The translations under genes and the position numbers were made by a program. Under the pieces are notes generated by a model, which ran no database searches, had not been told where the DNA came from, and saw nothing but the letters and a program-made list of their open reading frames with translations. A stretch of 24,362 nucleotides of DNA from Thermodesulfobacteriota bacterium (GTDB taxonomy: Bacteria > Desulfobacterota > Desulfobulbia > Desulfobulbales > SURF-16). The stretch spans positions 1-24,362 of the forward strand of contig JBDLIE010000039.1 in NCBI GenBank assembly GCA_039715015.1. The letters run 5' to 3'. This document shows, in pieces, positions 1 to 7,199 of the stretch; the stretch's first letter is position 1; every line of letters begins with the position of its first letter.

Positions 1-1145
1 AGTTTCCCAACCGTAAAGTCTTGCCGGTATAGTGGTCTGGGGGCCACACCGAGGCGATATAATTCTCTGCCCCAGAATATCTGGTCGGCAATATGGGCAA
101 CGACAACAGAGGGGCAGCCCGCTACCAGTGTCGACTGGGTGTGGCCGGCACCGCCATGATGGACCACGGCAGCGCAATGCGGGAAAAGGTGCTGGTGGGG
201 CAGGCGGTTAACGATATAGATATCAGGGTTGTCTCTGCATACTCCTTGCGGAGCCACTCTGCTTTGGATAAGGGCTCGGCAGCCGGCCAGCTCCACTGCA
301 GCGGTAAAATTTTGCAGGGCAATCTCTTCAAATTCATCACTCAAACTGGTCATGCTGCCGAAGGTCATGTACACCGGCGGAACTCCTGCGGCCAGAAACT
401 CTTTGAGGGAGTCCGGCATGGTCCAGGAAACAAGATCAACCGGCAGGTTGAAGAAGCCGCATACCTTATAATTCTCCGGCCAATCAGGAGGTTTGCGGCA
501 GAGTTCAGGACTCACGGCAAACAAGTTGAGGACCTCTGACTTCCAGGCGTGGTGGAGGACGCTTCTGTAGGGCGGCATGCCGACCTTCTGGCGTAGTGGG
601 TTGTAGTAGGGCAACAGGAAACGATCCACGAGCAGGCCCACCACTTTCCACCAAAAAGGGTTCAGCCATTTGCCCAGGTTAGGCACACCCAGAGGGGTAA
701 TATGGCGGGAAGGGAAAGTGCTGTGGTTGAGAATAACCGTCACATGCGGGGTTCCGGTTTTTTGGGCAGCACTCTGCAGGGTGTGGAGACCCCAGTGACC
801 GACCACCAGCTCATTGTTCTCACAGAGCTCCAGGGAGGCCTGCCACATAGCGTCCACCGAGGGCTTGTAAAAATCATCAAAGATGATCTGCAGATGTTTG
901 AGGGGGAATTTTTCTTTGAGAATAGTTTTTTTAAGTTTTTCCTGAAGGGCATCGTCAAAGTCAAAGCGGTCATACACCTTGATGCCAGTGAAATCCATCC
1001 GGTTACAGAGCTCGGAATATTCCTTATTGTCGACGCTGGTGTAGACGGTGGTAACATCGTGCCCGGCAGCGCCCAGGCCTGCTGCCAGCGCCAGATGTGG
1101 CAGGATATCTCCGTCGCTTCCCCAGGTCTGGATACCGATCTTCAT
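1..1145 (-). CDS. GT1-family (UDP-glycosyltransferase / sterol glucosyltransferase-like) glycosyltransferase; 3' end runs off the window
   Basis: Not in the ORF track; translated by hand from ATG at 1145 (RBS GGAGG upstream). It begins MKIGIQTWGSDGDILPHLALAAGLGAAGHDV and carries PPVYMTFGSM and the UGT signature LPHQHLFPHCAAVVHHGGAGHTQSTLVAGCPSVVVAHIADQIFWG. The frame stays open to the window edge. Confidence 0.9.
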   Translation of the reverse strand, partial: MKIGIQTWGSDGDILPHLALAAGLGAAGHDVTTVYTSVDNKEYSELCNRMDFTGIKVYDRFDFDDALQEKLKKTILKEKFPLKHLQIIFDDFYKPSVDAMWQASLELCENNELVVGHWGLHTLQSAAQKTGTPHVTVILNHSTFPSRHITPLGVPNLGKWLNPFWWKVVGLLVDRFLLPYYNPLRQKVGMPPYRSVLHHAWKSEVLNLFAVSPELCRKPPDWPENYKVCGFFNLPVDLVSWTMPDSLKEFLAAGVPPVYMTFGSMTSLSDEFEEIALQNFTAAVELAGCRALIQSRVAPQGVCRDNPDIYIVNRLPHQHLFPHCAAVVHHGGAGHTQSTLVAGCPSVVVAHIADQIFWGRELYRLGVAPRPLYRQDFTVGK

Positions 1146-1168
1146 GGTCTGCCTCCCTTTGCCCACGG

Positions 1169-2602
1169 TTAATAGGTTTTTTCATCTATGTAAATGTGGC
1201 GATAATCGACATTGCTGTTTAAACGATAGAGCAGGGTGCGATGGCCGGAAATCAGGCGGGCCCACCAGTTATAGAGGGAGTTATGCCGATTATAGCCACG
1301 CTTGACAGACTCTGAATAGATATCAATGCCGCGCTGAAAGAAATCTTTATCTCCAAAGGCAAAAGGGCCTTGCGTCTGCATCGGTTCGGCCTGCCAGAAG
1401 CTGAGGCGCCTGAGGTAGTCAAGTCGTTCGGGTTCCATCTCTTCAACACTGGCAAACAGGCAGCTCGCGGCAATTGCTTTGTCCAGGCCCTTGGCGTCTC
1501 CCTCCATCAGGGCTTTTTCAGCCCCTATCTGCACCTCCCACTCTTCCTCTGAAAGGGTGCGGTAACAGCCAAAGTCGATCAATCCCAAGCGATCGTCATC
1601 AAGAAAAAGAAAGTTGCCGGGATGGGGATCGGCATAGATGGTTTTTGCTGCCCCATAGATCCTGAAGACGGCCCGTGAGATCAGAGTACCGAAATGATCG
1701 CGGTGTTCCTGGTCAGGATTGGTGGGCAGGTAGTCACGCAGGTGTTTACCCTTCAGATAATCGGTGGTGAGGATGCGCTGGTTGGAATAGTCCTCCCATA
1801 CCTTGGGCACGACTACCAGGTCTTCCGGGCCAAAGAGTTCTTTGACCTGCGCCATGAAGGCGGCTTCCCTGGTATAGTCGGTTTCATGGTGCAACATGAT
1901 TTCGGCATCATCAAGATGATCAAAGATGTAGCGCCCTTCCTGTTTCAGCTTCATGGGCATGAGAGTTTTTCTCAGATTGGCCATGTCCGAACGGATGGTC
2001 GCTGCCATATTGGGATATTGGATCTTCACCGCCACTTCCTCTCCGCTTTTAAGGGTGGCGCGATGGACCTGGCCCAGGGAGGCGGCGGCAAAAGCTTTTT
2101 TGTCAAAGGTTGCGAAGAGCTCCGAGGGCTCGGCGCCGAATTCATCGAGAAACACCTCCCTGATGAGGGAGTAATGCATTGGCGGGGCCTCGAACTGCAG
2201 ACGTTCCATGGTCTCGGCAACTTCTTCGGGGACGATATGGGGCAGGTTGCCGAGAAGTTGACCGATCTTCATTACTGCTCCCCGCAGATATCCCATGGTG
2301 CCGAGAAGCTTCAGGGCAGCGGCGAGATGGGTTTCGTTCAATATCCGTTCCTGTTCGTTCTTGTTGCTGAAGATGCTTCGCATGGCATACGCCAGATATC
2401 CGACGGCGATCTTGGCCTGCATGCTGCCCAGGGCCCAGAGCCTGGTCAGGGAATTGACCGGGACCTTGCGGGTGCTGATCTGCGAGATCAAGTCTCCCAG
2501 CGGATCTTTAGTCGGCGCCTCCTCGTTGATTTCTTTCGGGATTGCCTGCATGACTTTTTTTAACTGCAGCGCGTTTTGGTTCTGTTGTGTCTGGTTGCTC
2601 AT
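1169..2602 (-). CDS. ABC1/AarF/UbiB-family atypical protein kinase
   Basis: Motifs MKIGQ (KxGQ), AAASLGQVHRA, VAVKIQYP, ADPHPGNF and IDFG. Start placed at ATG 2602 after RBS GAGGTG; the track starts at 2611. Confidence 0.92.
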   Translation of the reverse strand: MSNQTQQNQNALQLKKVMQAIPKEINEEAPTKDPLGDLISQISTRKVPVNSLTRLWALGSMQAKIAVGYLAYAMRSIFSNKNEQERILNETHLAAALKLLGTMGYLRGAVMKIGQLLGNLPHIVPEEVAETMERLQFEAPPMHYSLIREVFLDEFGAEPSELFATFDKKAFAAASLGQVHRATLKSGEEVAVKIQYPNMAATIRSDMANLRKTLMPMKLKQEGRYIFDHLDDAEIMLHHETDYTREAAFMAQVKELFGPEDLVVVPKVWEDYSNQRILTTDYLKGKHLRDYLPTNPDQEHRDHFGTLISRAVFRIYGAAKTIYADPHPGNFLFLDDDRLGLIDFGCYRTLSEEEWEVQIGAEKALMEGDAKGLDKAIAASCLFASVEEMEPERLDYLRRLSFWQAEPMQTQGPFAFGDKDFFQRGIDIYSESVKRGYNRHNSLYNWWARLISGHRTLLYRLNSNVDYRHIYIDEKTY

Positions 2603-2614
2603 GATGTTCACCTC

Positions 2615-3214
2615 TTATAATGCTGAGTTGGATATGGTTTGGGTGAAAACATTGATGGAGTAATCCATTAATGCGAGGGTCTCTTCCTGATTGCGAGATT
2701 CATCGGTACTCCAGAAGGCGAGAATGCCAAGATATAGAGACCAGTAAAGGGTGGTTGAGATATAGTCGGGAATCTTGCTGAAGCCGTGGGCATGGATAAT
2801 GTCCCGTACCATCTGCAGATGTTCGGACCTGGTGCTTTCACCGGCAGGGCAGGAGGACTCTTTTGAAAACAGGCTCATGGTGCTCTCCAGGACCGGGCCG
2901 ACAAAATTTCTGTAGGGCTTGAGGCGCCTGAGCTCAGAGCTGATCAAGAGAAAGAGATCTTCGCCAAAGTCCTCATCACCGCTGCGGCGTTTTAAATAAT
3001 CACCTCGGCCTTGCTGGATCTCTTCGGCCAGAAGGGACATGGCAAGGGCTTCTTTGGAGGGGAAATAGTTGAACAGGGTTCCAGTGGCGATGCCTGCCTT
3101 TTGGGCGATCTGGCGGGTGGTGGTATCTTTATACCCCACATCGGTAAACAGCTGTTCCGCTGCCCGCAGGATGTTTTTTGCTGTTTTTTCTTTAGCTTTT
3201 TGAGTGATTCGCAT
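2615..3214 (-). CDS. TetR/AcrR-family transcriptional regulator
   Basis: N-terminal HTH ILRAAEQLF...GYKDTTTRQIAQKAGIATGTLFNYFPSKEAL. ATG 3214 preferred over TTG 3226. Confidence 0.93.
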   Translation of the reverse strand: MRITQKAKEKTAKNILRAAEQLFTDVGYKDTTTRQIAQKAGIATGTLFNYFPSKEALAMSLLAEEIQQGRGDYLKRRSGDEDFGEDLFLLISSELRRLKPYRNFVGPVLESTMSLFSKESSCPAGESTRSEHLQMVRDIIHAHGFSKIPDYISTTLYWSLYLGILAFWSTDESRNQEETLALMDYSINVFTQTISNSAL

Positions 3215-3228
3215 GGTGTCTTCCAATT

Positions 3229-3304
3229 AATATGATCATGCTCATATTGTTAAGCGCAGAAAGGGGGCCTGTCAAGAATAAAATGAGCGCGCTCATTTTA
3301 TTCT
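3229..3304 (-). promoter_or_regulatory. tetR promoter region with two palindromic operators
   Basis: Perfect 30-bp palindrome AGAATAAAATGAGCGCGCTCATTTTATTCT at 3275-3304 and near-palindrome AATATGATCATGCTCATATT at 3229-3248. They share the core ATGAGC-N2-G(C/A)TCAT. A minus-strand TTGACA lies at 3275-3270 between them. Confidence 0.8.
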
Positions 3305-3527
3305 GTGTGAGATAAGCTCAAAGTTGGCTCTAATGGAGGTGCTTTAAGAGAGGGAGTGACAGATAAATCTTATAGTCACCCTCTGATAGAGAGGGGGGTG
3401 TTGCAGTGCTGCCGATAGAGGCCATAAAAATACAAAATGACCTGTTTTGCGGAGCCGATATTGTTAGTTCTGAGGGCCCATTTTGGGAAAGGGATATGAT
3501 TGCTGTTTACTTGTCATGGTTGCTAGA

Positions 3528-3562
3528 ATACTGCCGACGCCAAAGACCGGCATCGGCAGTAT
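3528..3562. terminator. Stem-loop downstream of the nap operon (possible terminator or mRNA-stabilising hairpin)
   Basis: ATACTGCCGACGCC-N7-GGCATCGGCAGTAT, without a strong U tract. A second hairpin TCAAGATTGCT-N8-AGCAATCTTGA lies at 3623-3652. Confidence 0.45.
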
Positions 3563-3658
3563 CGACACTTCACAACCCAACTTGAAAGGCTGGCTGACCA
3601 CCTTTTTAAGAGTGTTTTTTTATCAAGATTGCTTCGATAAGAGCAATCTTGAAGTAAC

Positions 3659-4882
3659 TCAGGCATTCGCCTCTTTAAATTTGAGCAGGATGGCAAGAGC
3701 TGGCCGTATGAGCAAGGTCACCACCAATACCCCGGTTGCCAGCACCCCGGTTGTAATAAGGATCTCATTTAAGGTCGGGGTGTAATCAACCACCTCACCC
3801 ATGGGCGATGGTACAAAGCCTGGAATAATGAGGCCAAAGCCTTTTTCTATCCAGATACCAGTGAACAGGCTTATTGCTGCTACCATAAGGTACCTGGGGT
3901 TGCATTTCGTTGGATCAAAGGCAAAGAGCAGGGTGCCCAGGATATTAAGGGTGATGGCAGTCCATATCCATGGCACCAGGGAATTATGGCCATCAAGGCC
4001 AAAAAAGAGGTATTGGGCGGAGAGACTATGATGGGTAAAGTTGTAGAATTCTTTAAAAACCTCAGAAAACAACATCAGCAGATTGATTACCGCGGAAACA
4101 ACGATGATTCGTTTTAATTTAAAGAAAATCTTCGTATCAACCGGGTACTTGGTCTTCTGTTTGATGGCAATGAGCACCATCATAATGACAGCCGGTCCCG
4201 CCGCAAACGCTGAAGCCAGGAATCGCGGCCCAAGCAAGGGGTTGTTCCAGAAAGGCCTGGCAGGCAGGCCCTCGTAGAGAAATGCCGTGGTCATATGGAT
4301 GGAAACAGCCCAAAAGATGGACAGGAAAACAAAGGGTTTATACTTCCAGCCCACCGGTTTTCTGTTGTGATAGTTGCAGTAGAGAATGTAGAGCGGCACC
4401 AGGCTGTTTAAGGCCAGATAGCCATTTAAAACGAGCACATCCCAGGTAAGAATAGATGAAGGCCAGTTAAACAGGCCTATGCCCGGAATCATATGCCACA
4501 CCTTGTGGGGGGCGCCCATATCCACAGTGATAAACATCAGGCACATAACCAGGGCGCCGACAGCCACACATTCGCCTATGATAACGACCTCATGCAAATC
4601 TTTATCTTTTAATATATAGGCGGGCAGAATCAGCATGACTGCTGCAGCTGCAACTCCGACGAAAAAAGTAAAGTTGGAGATATACAATCCCCAGCTGACA
4701 ATATCAGACATGCCGGTGGTGATGAGGCCTTCCGAAAACTGTGTTGCATAGGAAAAGAGTCCTGCAGCCATCACAACCAGCAGGGAGATAAGGTACAGCT
4801 TGAATCCTCTTCCTCCCGTCAGTGACCAGCGCATGCAGTCCGAGATGAAGGCAACACTTCCATTTTGAGGGTTCGTTGTCAT
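3659..4882 (-). CDS. NrfD/PsrC-family integral membrane quinol-interacting subunit (DsrP/HmcC-like)
   Basis: Many hydrophobic helices; motifs TGMSDIVSWGLYISNFTFFVGVAAAAVML, VDMG, SIHMTTAFLY, PRFLASAFAAGPA and WIEKGFGLIIPGFVPSP resemble DsrP. Start at ATG 4882 (RBS AAGGAAG) or 4915. Confidence 0.88.
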   Translation of the reverse strand: MTTNPQNGSVAFISDCMRWSLTGGRGFKLYLISLLVVMAAGLFSYATQFSEGLITTGMSDIVSWGLYISNFTFFVGVAAAAVMLILPAYILKDKDLHEVVIIGECVAVGALVMCLMFITVDMGAPHKVWHMIPGIGLFNWPSSILTWDVLVLNGYLALNSLVPLYILYCNYHNRKPVGWKYKPFVFLSIFWAVSIHMTTAFLYEGLPARPFWNNPLLGPRFLASAFAAGPAVIMMVLIAIKQKTKYPVDTKIFFKLKRIIVVSAVINLLMLFSEVFKEFYNFTHHSLSAQYLFFGLDGHNSLVPWIWTAITLNILGTLLFAFDPTKCNPRYLMVAAISLFTGIWIEKGFGLIIPGFVPSPMGEVVDYTPTLNEILITTGVLATGVLVVTLLIRPALAILLKFKEANA

Positions 4883-4937
4883 TATTTCTTCCTTAGGGTT
4901 TCTCAATACAGCCATAATCTGTTTTCACCCGTTGCTA

Positions 4938-5900
4938 TCAATCGATAAAATACCAGAATTTTGGATCAGTCCCCAATTCCTCTTTAAACCGGAAAACCTT
5001 TTTGTGTTTAAGGACAAAACGGATCTCACTATCCGGGTCGAGGAGGTTGCCGAAAACCCTTGAACCAGTTGGACAGGCATCGGCACAGGCTGGCAGCTTG
5101 CCCTGTCTGGTTCTCTGCACGCAAAATGTGCATTTTTCCATGACACCCTTCATCCGCATGCGGTTGCCAAGATAATGCTGCTTTCTGTTCATCTCTTCCT
5201 TGGGCACTTCAGGATCACCCCAGTTGAAACGGCGTCCCCAATATGGACAGGCCGCCAGGCAATAACGGCAACCGATACACCAGTCGTAATCCACGACAAC
5301 TATACCGTCCGGCTCACGCCAGGTGGCTTTGGTCGGGCAGGCCTTGATGCATGGGGCGTTTTCACAATGGTAACATTGGACGCCCATATAAAACTTATGG
5401 TCCACCGGCACCTCATGGTGGTATTTGCCCTCGCCGCTTGTTGGGTCAAGTTGACCGGGATCCATTTCAAAAAGGCGGATGTATTGAGTTTTGGACTTGC
5501 GATCAAGGTTATTTTCTTGCACGCAGGCTTCAACACAGTCCATATAGCCCTTGCAGCGGGAGATGTTAAAGGCATAGCCATAAAGCACCTGGTCAAGGGG
5601 CTCCTGGTTGGACATTTGAATATCCGCATCATCCTTGAGCTTAGCAAGTCTTTCAAGGCGGGCTACGGTCTCATCTTTTTCTTCCTGGGTCATCAAGCGA
5701 TAGTTTTTCTTAAAATACTCTTCCCACTTCAGTCCCATCTCTTCGGTTTTTTCAAGGGGGACGCAGCCACCGGTAACAAGTCCGGCAGAGCCTGCGGCTG
5801 CCGCAATGGATAATCCTTTTAAAAAGGACCTGCGCGTGCTGGTATTTTTATGCGGTTCTTTTGTTTTCATCTGAGTTTCTTTTTTCTTTCTGAAATCCAT
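4938..5900 (-). CDS. Tat-exported 4Fe-4S dicluster protein (NrfC/DsrO/HmcB-like)
   Basis: Twin-arginine motif TRRSFLKG; Cys motifs CKGYMDCVEAC, CYHCENAPCIKACP, CIGCRYCLAACP and CTFC...PACADACP. The start may be 5870. Confidence 0.9.
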   Translation of the reverse strand: MDFRKKKETQMKTKEPHKNTSTRRSFLKGLSIAAAAGSAGLVTGGCVPLEKTEEMGLKWEEYFKKNYRLMTQEEKDETVARLERLAKLKDDADIQMSNQEPLDQVLYGYAFNISRCKGYMDCVEACVQENNLDRKSKTQYIRLFEMDPGQLDPTSGEGKYHHEVPVDHKFYMGVQCYHCENAPCIKACPTKATWREPDGIVVVDYDWCIGCRYCLAACPYWGRRFNWGDPEVPKEEMNRKQHYLGNRMRMKGVMEKCTFCVQRTRQGKLPACADACPTGSRVFGNLLDPDSEIRFVLKHKKVFRFKEELGTDPKFWYFID

Positions 5901-5908
5901 TGCACCCT

Positions 5909-6526
5909 CTATTCTTCCAACGGAAGAGAATAAGTCACCGGCATTTTTGTCTTAAAAGCTGGGGAGTGTGGGCTATGACAACTGGTACAATTCAGCACCA
6001 CCCGTTCTCCAGCCCAGAATGTCTCGCGTTTTCCGTGGGCTCCCCCCAGCCAGTCTCGCTTTTGGCGAAAATGACACTGACCACAGAGTTGGTAACTGTG
6101 ATCAAAATCTATCTTCTTCCCCTGGGCATCAGACAGCAAGTCGCGATTTTTTTCGTCATGACATTCAATACACGCCAGCTTATCATCCCCTCTGCCATGG
6201 TTAACTTCGATATCACTATGGGTAAAGAGAGCGCCGTCTCTAACGCCTACCTTCTTGTCAGTATGGCAGACACTGCACCGATAACGGCTGATGGAATCCT
6301 TGCGGGCAAGGACTTTGAAAGTGCCGCCCTGATAGGATTCTTTTGCCAATACCGTCTTAACAGGCAATTGATAAGCTGTTTCAATTGCCGTATTGTCAAA
6401 CGGCTCATCTGCGGCATGAATGCGATCCATAAACGAACCGCCGGAAGCCATGGCGGACTGCCCTGAGAGGAGCACTGTTCCCAGCACAAAAAAAGGCAGG
6501 CTAGAACAAAAAAATAGTTTTTTCAT
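5909..6526 (-). CDS. Periplasmic tetraheme c-type cytochrome
   Basis: Sec-type signal ending QSAMA; four CxxCH motifs (CSVCH, CIECH, CGQCH, CTSCH). Confidence 0.88.
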   Translation of the reverse strand: MKKLFFCSSLPFFVLGTVLLSGQSAMASGGSFMDRIHAADEPFDNTAIETAYQLPVKTVLAKESYQGGTFKVLARKDSISRYRCSVCHTDKKVGVRDGALFTHSDIEVNHGRGDDKLACIECHDEKNRDLLSDAQGKKIDFDHSYQLCGQCHFRQKRDWLGGAHGKRETFWAGERVVLNCTSCHSPHSPAFKTKMPVTYSLPLEE

Positions 6527-6548
6527 AGCTGTTCTATCTTCCTGATAA

Positions 6549-7199
6549 TTAATTTCGGGTAAATTCTTTCTGGGACTCGGTGGAGATCATAGGGACATGA
6601 CATTGACGGCAATTACCGCGAGATGCATGCTCCACCCGAATCTCGGCCACGGCTGCGGGCCCTGCATGACAGGCAATGCAATCTTCCCGCAGTTGCAGAC
6701 TGTGAGGAATTGGCGGCGGTGAGCCACCCATTTCCGACCTGCCCAGGGGCGGCGGATTTATTGATTGCCAGTCGGTTTCCACAAAAAGCTCTTTTACCCG
6801 CTGTGGTACATGGCATTGAAAACAACTTTCATATTCAGGGTGCGGTGTAACCGGAGCATAGGCATCCAGGTTGACATCGTAACCGCCCTTGCCATGGCAG
6901 GATAAACAATTCTGGGTATCTCCTGAAAAAGAGTTCGTGACAGCGTGGGGTACTCGAGGCGGAGAACCGGGATATTGCCGCAATTCGTAGTATTCATTTA
7001 AGGTTCGTCTGCCGTCCGTGCCTGTCATGACTGCCAGGGGGGTGTCATTGAACCTGTTAAAAATCTTCTCGCCGTCTGCATCAAAGCCCTGGGGGATGTC
7101 AGGCGCTGCATTTATAGGCAGCGCCATAAAGGCTCCTGATAAGCAGATAGCGGCAAAACTTCCTACAACTTTGCCGTATAAGGTATCTGCTTTTTTCAT
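6549..7199 (-). CDS. napB: NapB-like cytochrome c subunit with two tandem NapB-like units (tetraheme, NapM-like)
   Basis: ATG at 7199 overlaps the napA stop (TAATG); signal peptide present. Two repeats of (G)SPPx(V/I)PH...CxxCH...H...CxQCHVP give four CxxCH motifs (CLSCH, CFQCH, CIACH, CRQCH). Confidence 0.8.
   Translation of the reverse strand: MKKADTLYGKVVGSFAAICLSGAFMALPINAAPDIPQGFDADGEKIFNRFNDTPLAVMTGTDGRRTLNEYYELRQYPGSPPRVPHAVTNSFSGDTQNCLSCHGKGGYDVNLDAYAPVTPHPEYESCFQCHVPQRVKELFVETDWQSINPPPLGRSEMGGSPPPIPHSLQLREDCIACHAGPAAVAEIRVEHASRGNCRQCHVPMISTESQKEFTRN

Noticed and set aside
93..1172. Plus-strand ORFs 93-539, 229-471 and 702-1172
   Set aside because: They are antisense shadows of the minus-strand GT1 glycosyltransferase, which has a clear RBS and family motifs.
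1694..2563. 289-aa plus-strand ORF, and similar long antisense ORFs at 5175-5813, 7472-8062, 20149-20691 and 21838-22635
   Set aside because: Each lies wholly opposite a well-supported gene and has no recognisable motifs.
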